From contig OY970061.1 of assembly GCA_963705255.1 (NCBI GenBank), positions 768,001 to 832,000 of the forward strand: a DNA stretch of 64,000 bases. Direction: 5' to 3'. This DNA is from an uncultured Methanoregulaceae archaeon (GTDB lineage Archaea > Halobacteriota > Methanomicrobia > Methanomicrobiales > Methanospirillaceae). Position 1 is the first letter of the stretch, and each line of letters opens with the position of its first letter. This document shows positions 53,999-62,725 of the stretch, one piece after another. The notes under the pieces were generated by a model. It was not told the DNA's origin, did no database searches, and worked only from the letters and a program-made list of their open reading frames with translations. A program made the position numbers and the translations under genes.

Positions 53999-55084
53999 CT
54001 AACGCCGACTCCACACTACAATCCCAAAAATCAGAAAGATTGCTCCGACCGGGGCAAACTGAAGCGGGGATGCCGGGGTCTGGTCCTGGAGTGGAGAGGA
54101 GGTTGAGGCTGCCTGTGCCTGCACTGCTGAGGGCCCGGAGAAGGACGCCCCGTTCGCGGTCCCGTTCATACCCGAATCACTTACCATGAACGGGATCTCG
54201 GTAAAGGTGTCATCACCATTATGGGGGTCACTGAACGCAGCAGTGAGTGCCTCTGCCGCATCGTTGCCCTGCAGGTTTCCCGGGCCGGTGATCCTGAAGA
54301 GGTTCGTACCATTGTCAAGTCGCATGCTGCGGACGTAATCCCCGCTGACATCTATGTCGAACGTGGTGTTCTCCATCGGGTGCTGAACAATCAGGAAGTA
54401 CTGGCCGCCTGAAAAGTTACTGGTGACCTCCCGGGGGACTTCATACCTGTACGAAGCATCAGAGCTGACGGATACCCTTGACTTTGTGTAATAGTTCCTG
54501 CCAAGGGTCCAGATCTGGACCGTTTCGGGATTTCCCTCCGCAAATCCGGAGACCGTAAAAGGCTGTCCCGGTGAAATGGATGACGGGGAGATCCCTGCCG
54601 TTATGAAGGGTTTTTTCAGGATAATCCCGACATTGGCAGCGTCGGGACCCAGCTGGTCTTTCGTTTTCGGCTGGCTCACGGCAAAGATGGTATACGTCCC
54701 GGCATCCACCGGGAGATTGGCGGTGTAGTAGTCATATTCCCAGCTCTTATCCGGTTTTGTTTTCACTACCGTGAATGAGTCCGGGTTTCCGCTGACTACA
54801 GCCTGCAGGGGTGAGGTAAGTTTTCCTCCGGCACCGGGGATGCCGGGTCCGGTTACGAAGGTGCCGGGTCCGGTTATAAAAAGGTATGTGGTATCCGAAT
54901 CATAATTATGGCCACTCAGGACCACCATTTCTCCGAGGTAATATGACTGGTCCCCCTGTGCGGCAATGGTAACTCCCGTGTCTGCAGATACGGGGGATAT
55001 CATCAGGACTGCCGCACCTGCTATGATAAGCAGCAGGATCATCTTCCAGGACCCGGACGGGTCGTTGCTGGTTTGTTTGGACAT
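53999..55084 (-). CDS. Secreted Ig-like, S-layer-related surface protein with C-terminal TM anchor
   Basis: Signal ending PVSA, SYYLGE...SG.N..S...YLFITGP, IVQHPM...FD, LQG.DAAEAL; C-terminal SPL..-TM-RR sorting-like tail. Confidence 0.75.
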   Translation of the reverse strand: MSKQTSNDPSGSWKMILLLIIAGAAVLMISPVSADTGVTIAAQGDQSYYLGEMVVLSGHNYDSDTTYLFITGPGTFVTGPGIPGAGGKLTSPLQAVVSGNPDSFTVVKTKPDKSWEYDYYTANLPVDAGTYTIFAVSQPKTKDQLGPDAANVGIILKKPFITAGISPSSISPGQPFTVSGFAEGNPETVQIWTLGRNYYTKSRVSVSSDASYRYEVPREVTSNFSGGQYFLIVQHPMENTTFDIDVSGDYVRSMRLDNGTNLFRITGPGNLQGNDAAEALTAAFSDPHNGDDTFTEIPFMVSDSGMNGTANGASFSGPSAVQAQAASTSSPLQDQTPASPLQFAPVGAIFLIFGIVVWSRR

Positions 55085-55085
55085 A

Positions 55086-55107
55086 TGTAAATGTATGCAC
55101 ATTTACA
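55086..55107. promoter_or_regulatory. 22-bp palindromic operator between TATA box and ATG
   Basis: TGTAAATGT-ATGC-ACATTTACA; shared with 58390..58411. Confidence 0.8.
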
Positions 55108-55378
55108 ATATAAAATTATTCTAAACTCGGGTTTTATCCTGTAACTCTCTCAAAAGGAACTGATAGAGTCGCAGGTATCTGCCGTCTTGATCTCTTTTCT
55201 GCAGAGCAGGTAAAGCGCGAGGAAACTCACATGAAGAATTGAGAAAAGGACTCCTGTACAGGCACTCGTATCGTTCGGATGGGTCTGTTCTCTTTTTAGG
55301 ATTGGTGTCGGGTGTATTTTTCCAAAACACCATTTTTTACTACGGGGTATCTACCAGCGGGGGTCAGGGACTGAAAAA

Positions 55379-56533
55379 TTATGCAAATGAGTCCGTTTCA
55401 GCGGATCCGGGCATGTGCCCGGACTTTGCAGAGGTGTAGAGGTCCCGTGTTGCTATCCCCCCAACCGTTGCCGCGACAAACGCAAGGCCGGACAGGGCAA
55501 GAATGTACAGGAGGCCGGCAGCGATCCACTCATTACCGGGGCGCCAGGTCAGATCGAGTGCGACAATCCCGGCTGCCAGCTGGAAGAGGAGGAATGAGAG
55601 AAAGGCAGTGAACACTACCGTTCCAAGGCCAAGAACGCAGGCAGCCACTTCACCCCATATGTTCTTCATCAGGGTAAACGATCCGGAGACCGCCTCCTTC
55701 AGGCGCTTCCTCTCGAGCACGAGCAGAGGTACTACAAACAGGGTCAGGACGAACAGGAGTGCGTTGATCGCTGAAAGGATCAGGGTGGATACGAACGCAA
55801 ACTCAATTCCATTCTCCCCGCCAGGCAGGTTTGCAACGTAGAGGTCCGGGTAGAGGATGTAGTTGAAGGGGATCTGGTTGAGCACATTGAACAGGAACTG
55901 CCAGATGGCCGACCAGATTGTTGAGATCATAGTGAAGGGCTGGAACCACGCTGAGTCCAGCGGATAAGAATTCTGTCCGGCGATATAGAGCAGATTGCCT
56001 GCGTCCGGGCCGGCAGTGAAGATCAGGGTGCCGGCGAGTGCCACGACCACGGACCACCCGGTAAGAGGTCTTGTGTATTTCTTTGCCCTGGTGAGTCCCT
56101 GAAAGAATGAGACAGGACCACCTTTCTCCGGAGAGAGGCTCAGGACAAGGCCCGCAAGTAAGAATACCAGGCAGAACGCCGTTGGGAACTCTATTGTAAA
56201 TGTCAGGACAAGTGGTTGGAGTAAATCGGGTCCATAGGAGGGAAAGGGGTTGAGAACGAAGAGCATCCACTGGGCGATGAGGTGCCCGGCCAGCACGAGT
56301 CCGACCAGGAGCGAGAACCAGAGGAGCTGTCGGTTATGGATGAGGGTTTTCGTGCCTGAGAGGGCGGCCCCGATTCCCCGCCGGATCGTTCCCGGTCCGC
56401 CGGCACCGCCATCCGGGCGGCCCTCATGGGCTGGTTCAAGTGGATTACCAATACCTGCCTGCGAGGCACGGACCACCGGTGCTTTCCGGCACAGGCCGAG
56501 CCAGCAGTCTGAAACAGTTGAGAGAAATGTCAT
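55379..56533 (-). CDS. Polytopic membrane protein (DUF6159-like) with N-terminal WLGLCRKAP motif
   Basis: Paralogue of 56530..57942; TLFVVPLLVLE....EA...SF.LMK..WGE. Confidence 0.8.
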   Translation of the reverse strand: MTFLSTVSDCWLGLCRKAPVVRASQAGIGNPLEPAHEGRPDGGAGGPGTIRRGIGAALSGTKTLIHNRQLLWFSLLVGLVLAGHLIAQWMLFVLNPFPSYGPDLLQPLVLTFTIEFPTAFCLVFLLAGLVLSLSPEKGGPVSFFQGLTRAKKYTRPLTGWSVVVALAGTLIFTAGPDAGNLLYIAGQNSYPLDSAWFQPFTMISTIWSAIWQFLFNVLNQIPFNYILYPDLYVANLPGGENGIEFAFVSTLILSAINALLFVLTLFVVPLLVLERKRLKEAVSGSFTLMKNIWGEVAACVLGLGTVVFTAFLSFLLFQLAAGIVALDLTWRPGNEWIAAGLLYILALSGLAFVAATVGGIATRDLYTSAKSGHMPGSAETDSFA

Positions 56534-57942
56534 CCTCCACTCTCCCTGACCTTTGCAGAGGTGTAGAGGTTCAGTGCTGCAATCCCCCCGACCGTTGCCA
56601 CGACAAACACAAGGCCGGACAGGGCAAGAACGTACAGGAGGCCGGCTGCAATCCACGCCTCACTGGGGTGCGTGAACGAAGCGTTCATTGGGCCGGCAAC
56701 CCACCACACAATATCAACCACGGAAAACCGGAAGAGCAGGAACGCGAGCGAGGCAGCGAATACTACCATTCCAAGGCCCAGAACGCAGGCCGCCACTTCA
56801 CCCCGGATGTTCTTCATCAGGGTAAACGATCCCAAAACCGCTTCCTTCAGGCTCTTCCTCTCAAGCACGAGGAGGGGCACTACAAACAAGGTAAGGACGA
56901 ACAGGAATACCGTGATTGCTGAAAGGATCAGTGTACACTCGAGCGCCCAGCTGAATAGCCACTCACCCCCGCCAGGAGGCAGGTTGGGAACGTAGAAGGA
57001 CGGTACGAGGACGAAGTTGAAGGGGAACGTGTAGCGCACGGTAAACAGGAAATACGCGAGTTTAAAGTAGAGTGCCGAGACTATATTGAATGGCTGGAAC
57101 CACGTCAGCTCATAGGAAAACATGCCGGCGATAAAGATCAGAGTGCCGGCGAGTGCCACGACCACGGACCACCCGGTAAGAGGTCTTGTGTATTTCTTTG
57201 CCCTGGTGAGTCCCTGAAAGAATGAGACCAGACCGCCTTCCTTTGAAGAGAGGCTCAGGACAAGGCCCGCCAGTAAGAATACCAGGCAGAACACCGTCAG
57301 GAGCTCGATCGCAAATGTCTTGACAAGCAATGAGGGTATACCGGCATGGTGAGGATCAACGAAGAGCAGCCACCGGGGGTTGCGAACGAAAAGCTCCCCC
57401 CGTGCGATGAAGGGATGAACGAAGAGCTGAATCCCTGCGAGTGCCGCGACCACGGATCCCCCGGTAAGAGGTATCAGGTATTTTTTTGCCATCCTGAGTC
57501 CCTGAAAGAATGAGACCGGACCGTCTTTCTTTGATGAGAGGCTTAATGCGAAGCCCGCCAGTAAGAATCCCAGGCAGAACACCGCCAGGAGCCCGGCCAC
57601 AAATGTCAGGACAAGCGATGGGAGGACAGAGTCGGCATCTTCGAAGAACAGCCACTCTGGCAATACGCTGAACCCCGCCTGGGCGATGAGGTGCACGGCC
57701 AGCACAAGTCCGACCAGGAGTGAGAACCAGAGGAGCTGCGGGTTATGGATCAGCGTTTTCGTACCTGACAGGGCAGCCCCGATTCCCCGCCGGATCGTTC
57801 CCGGTCCGCCGGCCCCGCCTTCCGGGCGGCCCTCATGGGAGGGTTCAGCTGGATAACCAATACCTGTCTGCGATGCTCGGAGAACCGGTGCTTTCCGGCA
57901 CAGGCCGGACCAGTGTTCAGCAATTTCAGATACCCGGGTCAT
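56530..57942 (-). CDS. Polytopic membrane protein (DUF6159-like) with an internal duplication
   Basis: WSGLCRKAP N-terminus; ~65-aa two-TM module present twice; ATGA overlaps with both neighbours. Confidence 0.8.
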   Translation of the reverse strand: MTRVSEIAEHWSGLCRKAPVLRASQTGIGYPAEPSHEGRPEGGAGGPGTIRRGIGAALSGTKTLIHNPQLLWFSLLVGLVLAVHLIAQAGFSVLPEWLFFEDADSVLPSLVLTFVAGLLAVFCLGFLLAGFALSLSSKKDGPVSFFQGLRMAKKYLIPLTGGSVVAALAGIQLFVHPFIARGELFVRNPRWLLFVDPHHAGIPSLLVKTFAIELLTVFCLVFLLAGLVLSLSSKEGGLVSFFQGLTRAKKYTRPLTGWSVVVALAGTLIFIAGMFSYELTWFQPFNIVSALYFKLAYFLFTVRYTFPFNFVLVPSFYVPNLPPGGGEWLFSWALECTLILSAITVFLFVLTLFVVPLLVLERKSLKEAVLGSFTLMKNIRGEVAACVLGLGMVVFAASLAFLLFRFSVVDIVWWVAGPMNASFTHPSEAWIAAGLLYVLALSGLVFVVATVGGIAALNLYTSAKVRESGG

Positions 57943-58388
57943 GGGGCAGGCTCCCTGATTTTTGTGAGTAATTCTTCAGCCATTTTTGTCGGGTCGGCAG
58001 TTTTCTCAATTTTGATCCCGAGTTCTGAAGCGAAATCCCAGATAAACTCAATGCACCTGGCGTACTCGTCGCACGACCCGCAGTCGCCGTCATGCTCGTA
58101 CCAGACCTGCATGCCGTGCTTCTCCGAGACGAAGATGTATGCATTGGTCTGGAACGGGATGGACCGTCCGAACAGGACTCCCCGTTCCACATCGATCTTC
58201 TCGATCTGGATCCGGTTCGCCTGCGCCATCTCCCGCAGCGAGGCATCGATCTTCTCGTCAATCGCGCGGAGTGCCTGCGATACTCCCTGCCGTGTAATGC
58301 CCAGCTCGTTTGCAATGGAGATATTCTGCATCCCGCTGCGACGCATCTTCCAGAACCCGAATTGTTTCTCGTTCGTGGGAAGGAACAT
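57939..58388 (-). CDS. HTH transcriptional regulator with C-terminal H-x3-C-x2-C-x5-C motif
   Basis: NISIANELGITRQGVSQAL HTH; WYEHDGDCGSCDEYARC. Confidence 0.82.
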   Translation of the reverse strand: MFLPTNEKQFGFWKMRRSGMQNISIANELGITRQGVSQALRAIDEKIDASLREMAQANRIQIEKIDVERGVLFGRSIPFQTNAYIFVSEKHGMQVWYEHDGDCGSCDEYARCIEFIWDFASELGIKIEKTADPTKMAEELLTKIREPAP

Positions 58389-58389
58389 G

Positions 58390-58411
58390 TGTAAATGTAT
58401 GGACGTTTACA
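58390..58411. promoter_or_regulatory. Second copy of the 22-bp operator
   Basis: TGTAAATGT-ATGG-ACGTTTACA followed by the same ATATAAAATTA (TATA box on the minus strand). Confidence 0.8.
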
Positions 58412-58724
58412 ATATAAAATTATGCGTGGTTGGCGGTCGAACGGTTCCCGGAGGGGGGTGGAAGCAAATCGCTATTACCGCTGGAGGAGGGGTCTGTGTT
58501 TGGGCGGGCGATTATTACCCTGAGGGCAGTAAGAGCTGGAGAAGGACGAAGTCCTTCGACTGGCGAAAATTTAGGGGGCGGATGGGGTTTGGGAGGTGGC
58601 GACATGGAAAAACAGCCGCTTTTCCTCAATGCTCGGATCGGGCCGAATGCCGGGAGGATCACCGGTTCTCAATTGAGTTTTACCATCACCGTATGCATAT
58701 CTCATAAGATGGCAATAGTACGTC

Positions 58725-58971
58725 ATGCACAGTCCCCTGACATTCACCACGCATGCCAGGATCATGATGCAAGAGTGGATGACACAGGAGGACTGGGTTC
58801 CGGACACCGTGAACAATCCCGACAACAGTGAAGTGAGACGGGATGACGAGAAACATTACCTGAAAAGGATTCCGGAGGCCGGGGAAAAAATCCTGCGGGT
58901 GATCGTAAATCCCACTGCTTCTCCCCCCCCGCGTTATCACGATGTTCTTTGACAGGAGAGTGCAGCCATGA
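58725..58971 (+). CDS. DUF4258/RelE-like putative toxin (frameshift in C-run near 58925)
   Basis: FTTHA, W....V.NPD, LRVIVN; corrected end RVITMFFDRRVQP* overlaps the next ATG. Confidence 0.75.
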
Positions 58972-59168
58972 AAGTTACCGTTGACAAAGAAGCAGACGCA
59001 CTGTATATGCGTCTTTCCGATACCCGCATCCATGACTCGGAAGAGGTGAAACCCGGCGTTATTCTTGATTATGACGACAAGAATAACCTCGTCGGGGTAG
59101 AGATCCTCCGGGTGTCGGAGCGGGTTCCGTCTGCCACCCTGAAATCCGTCCCGGTCGAATCGGCGTAG
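58968..59168 (+). CDS. DUF2283 family putative antitoxin
   Basis: D.EADALY.RL...S.E..PG.ILDYD....VG.EIL. Confidence 0.88.
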   Translation: MKVTVDKEADALYMRLSDTRIHDSEEVKPGVILDYDDKNNLVGVEILRVSERVPSATLKSVPVESA

Positions 59169-59202
59169 TCAGGAGACCTGAAGAGCTCCGGTTGAGGAGA
59201 AC

Positions 59203-59445
59203 ATGAAGTGCGTCATCTGCAGGCATGGCGAGACCAGAGAGGGCACGACAACCGTCACCTTTGACCGGGACGGGATGACCCTTGTCGTAAAGGACATCCC
59301 CACCCAGGTCTGCAAAAACTGCGGCGAGGATTACGTGGACGAGCATGGTGCCCACGAGATCCTTGCAATCGCGGAACGCATGGCCAAGAGCGGGGCGCAG
59401 GTGGATGTCCGAAGGTACGTTCCCGGGCCGGCAATGCCATGCTGA
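59203..59445 (+). CDS. YgiT-type zinc-finger (MqsA-like) protein
   Basis: MKCVIC..G.T..G, VVKDIP..VC.NCGE.Y. Confidence 0.88.
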   Translation: MKCVICRHGETREGTTTVTFDRDGMTLVVKDIPTQVCKNCGEDYVDEHGAHEILAIAERMAKSGAQVDVRRYVPGPAMPC

Positions 59446-59625
59446 TCCGGTCTCTTTTTTTCGCGCCGGAATTTTTTTTGTCGCGATCCTGTACGAGGCG
59501 AATTTTTTCCGGTCCGGTCTTAAGTTGAGCCGGAATTTTTTTTGGCTCACTGGGAGATGAGGCAAAAATATTTTTGGAGCGTACGGAGTTGGGCCGGAAT
59601 CCTTTTTGGAGAAGTTAGGGGGAGT

Positions 59626-59700
59626 GGGTACCCCCTCCACAGAACCGGAAGGGGGGGGAGATGGTACCCACCCCTCGCGCTGAAAGAGGGGGAGGTACCC
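59626..59700. repeat. G/C-run dispersed element (copy 2)
   Basis: Aligns to 50975..51048. Confidence 0.8.
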
Positions 59701-60089
59701 GAAAAGGAGATGATAAACCCGGCAGGGTTCTCAACCGTAAAGTGGTCCAGAGCGTCCCTCTCCCGCCGCGGCTATGTTCCAAATCACGTGCCCTTGGTTA
59801 CCTGTCCATTGTAACATCGCTAAACGTGACCTCCCCCATTCCCGCCGGAAAACACGGAATTATTCCGGCCCGGATTCCGCGTTTTTCCGAATTATGACCT
59901 CTGCAATCAGGAGGTTGAGGGAAAAGAGGTACAACCGGGCCCGCAGCGGGCTCCGGAGTACCAGAATTCCTTCAGGGGTTTTCTGGATGTGACAGGTCAT
60001 CAGCAGCGAAGGTCGGCTCCGCCTCCCTTCGAAGTTCGGTCTGTGACCTAATTTCTCATCGGCAAGGTTTTTGCAACCTCGCCGACTTC

Positions 60090-60203
60090 CATCCTCAAGG
60101 TCCCTATGGACCTTTCGGAGCCTGGAGCAGGAGAATGTCGAATGTCATCAGACATGAGACAGGAGAAGAACGTAGTTCTTCGACCGAGTCCGCAGGACTC
60201 TTC
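60090..60203. repeat. Mosaic hairpin array (REP/BIME-like), cluster C, mostly inverted
   Basis: TGTC-GA-ATGTC-ATCA-GACAT-GA-GACA, then G-GA-GAAGAAC-GTA-GTTCTTC-GA-C, then GAGTCC-GCA-GGACTC. Confidence 0.85.
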
Positions 60204-60456
60204 GTCGGGGATAACCGCTCCCTCCGACGGCGGATCCCTGCCCGGGTACGACGTGGAGGCTCAGGTTTCCAGGTCTTCCGGGTTGGGTAAAAGCCTGACA
60301 CGATCAAAAAAAATTCGAGCTCGGTATGGTCGGGCCGGTTACCGGAAAATTTCCGGCCCGCATGCAATCCTCCGTGAAAAATCCCCCCCAAAAAATTTAC
60401 AAAAATTCGCAATGAAAAAATTAAAAAAAATCGTTTTAATTTGATCCCTGCATTCG

Positions 60457-60654
60457 TCAGGAGATTTCCATACCCAGAACTCTGGTTCTGTACCATACCC
60501 CGAGTCCGCTTGCTATGGCAAAAAGAATGACGATAACGATGGTGAGGGCGGGCTGACTGTCAGGATGCACCACCATATTGATGTATATCACCAGTCCCTC
60601 CAAAAGGGTAAGGCCGACTACCATCAGTGGTAAGTTATGCTGCTTTTGCGTCAT
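60457..60654 (-). CDS. Small two-TM hypothetical protein
   Basis: 65-aa ORF with two hydrophobic helices and an upstream TATA-like box. Confidence 0.6.
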   Translation of the reverse strand: MTQKQHNLPLMVVGLTLLEGLVIYINMVVHPDSQPALTIVIVILFAIASGLGVWYRTRVLGMEIS

Positions 60655-60827
60655 GCAAACATTAAACTACAATATATATGCTAATGTTAAAGACTTGGTT
60701 ATTTATTCCCGTCCTGATGGTGACGACATTAATTCAGCACATATGGTATAAGTCACAGGGAAGATCAAAATCTCCTTTTCCTTAAACACCGTCAACAGTG
60801 TGCTATTAAAAAAAAGTTCACGGCCGT

Positions 60828-61010
60828 TCACCCGATCGTCTGTCCCGACACAACCGGTTTCCCATCGCGGTCGATCCCGGCCAGCGAGTCCGCCGTGACC
60901 AGGAAGAACCGCCATGTCCCGTACTTTGACCGGAGCCAGAGCCCGGCCGTGATGGCCGCATCCCGGGCAATGATCCGGAGCCGGGCGATCTCGTCTTTGA
61001 AATCATCCGT
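60828..61010 (-). pseudogene. 3' remnant of a paralogue of 61844..62215
   Basis: DFKDEIARLRIIARDAAITAGLWLRSKYGTWRFFLVTADSLAGIDRDGKPVVSGQTIG*. Confidence 0.85.
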
Positions 61011-61616
61011 TGAGCGCTGCCAGGGCGCGGAGGAATGGCCCGATGAGGGTGATGACGCCCGCGAAGAAGATCAGCGAGAGCACGGGCGGGATGAGCGCGA
61101 CCAGGACTGCCCTGCCGGTCGACATCTCCTGGTTCTCCCGGATCCCGATGACGATCAGGATATAGGTCCAGACGCCCCCGACGATGCTGATTATGGGGAT
61201 CCATCCCAGGAACATAACGGGGGTAAAGGCGTACATGATGGTCTTCAGGGTCTGTACCAACCCCTTCTGGCCGCCGAAGAGGAGCACGAATACGTGGATC
61301 TCGAATCCCTGGATAAAGACGATGAAGAGGAGGAGGATGAAGAGGAAGACGGGCAGCCACAGGATGTAGGTCTCCAGGAAGGGCCCGAATGCCTGCATCA
61401 GGCGAATGCCGCCGCCCGGGAGCGTTCCGCCGGATGCCTTGAGCCCGTTGCCGCGATGGATGCCGCGATGAAGGCGAAGAGAATGACGCTGTAGATGACG
61501 ACGAGGCGGACATAATACTGGTACGCGCTGTTCAGGCTCTCCCCCTGCGTTGACCGGAAGGTCTCGGCGGGTTTCAGGATAAAACCTTTCACGTTCTCTG
61601 CAAAGGATCCTGTCAT
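61003..61616 (-). CDS. Yip1-domain membrane protein (frameshift near 61430)
   Basis: KGFILKPAETF, T.K...YAFTP...GWIP, GIRE...S..RA. Confidence 0.85.
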
Positions 61617-61843
61617 ACGGGAGTTATGATACCCTCCGGCCTGATATACATTCTCCCCGCACGAAGAGATGAGACCCCCGGATACCTCAAAATCTTCCGC
61701 CACCGGTTCCGGGCCCCACCCGCGCCGGCAAGGCTGTTCTCTCCAGTTTGACCCGGATGCGTTCAGCGTGGATTGATCAACGGCCAATACGATGACGCTG
61801 CCCGAAAATCATCCTCTCAAAAAAATCAGAATTTTCCGGCTGT

Positions 61844-62215
61844 TCACGCAAGCGTCTGTCCTGACACAACCGGTTTCCCATCGCGGTCGATCTCGACCAG
61901 CGAGTTCGGTGTGACCAGAAAGAACCGCCACGTCCCGTGCTTTGACCGGAGCCAGAGCTCGGTCGTGATGGCCTTATCCCGGGCGATGATCCGGAGCTGG
62001 CCAATCTCTTCCTTGAAATCATTAGCAAGCTGCTGGATGGTCGCGAGGATCTCCGGCGCGAACATGACCCGGGTGAATGTAACCGGTATCTTCGATACGA
62101 TTGCGATGTCGAAGACCCGCTCCGGCCCGCTCATCGCCATCTGGATCACGCCACGAGCCTTGGCGATCGGGATCGCTTCTTCGAGCGCCCGGTGCGGGCG
62201 GGGGCCGTGGCTCAT
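61844..62215 (-). CDS. Hypothetical protein, possibly a degenerate restriction-endonuclease-like fold
   Basis: FDIAI...TFTRV, ELW.RS.HG.WRFF.V; fold assignment is tentative. Confidence 0.65.
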   Translation of the reverse strand: MSHGPRPHRALEEAIPIAKARGVIQMAMSGPERVFDIAIVSKIPVTFTRVMFAPEILATIQQLANDFKEEIGQLRIIARDKAITTELWLRSKHGTWRFFLVTPNSLVEIDRDGKPVVSGQTLA

Positions 62216-62534
62216 GCCGGCCTCCCCATGCAGTTTGTTGTTTCTCTCATGGTTTGTTTCACCTCCTTGTTTTTCTGTTCCTGCGTCATCGGGCCCCGTG
62301 ACATCAATCTCATAGGTCTGGATGCTTTAAGCGCTTTTATTATAGCGCGATTTTTCCGGAAAACGGAGCGCGGTGCGAGCGTCCCGAAAGAATCGGGACT
62401 TGGTGCCCGCTTCTTTTGAAGGTACATAAAATGTTCCTCCGGCGGGCACTCCATTTTCAGCTTTCTGTCCAGTCCTGCGTTTGTCATCAGTGTCCCTTCG
62501 AAGCTCGGTTGATGCCTCCCTTCTCTTCCTCCAG

Positions 62535-62636
62535 GTTCGAAGAACAATGTTCAGGAGAAGATTCCGATCTTCTCCTGCTTCAGGTCTGATGACGCTGAAG
62601 CATTCTCCTGTTTCGAGTCTGAGGACTCTCAACATT
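62535..62636. repeat. Mosaic hairpin array (REP/BIME-like), cluster D
   Basis: GGAGAAGAT-TCCG-ATCTTCTCC; TGCTTCAGGTC-TGAT-GACGCTGAAGCA; TTCTCC-TGTT-TC-GAGTC-TGAG-GACTC-TC-AACA. Confidence 0.85.
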
Positions 62637-62725
62637 CTAACGAACCTGTCGGATTTGACATAATGTATGAGACTGCCAGAGGAAATGGGCTTGGCTGAAT
62701 AAATTTTCCGGAGGGAAATCCGGGG

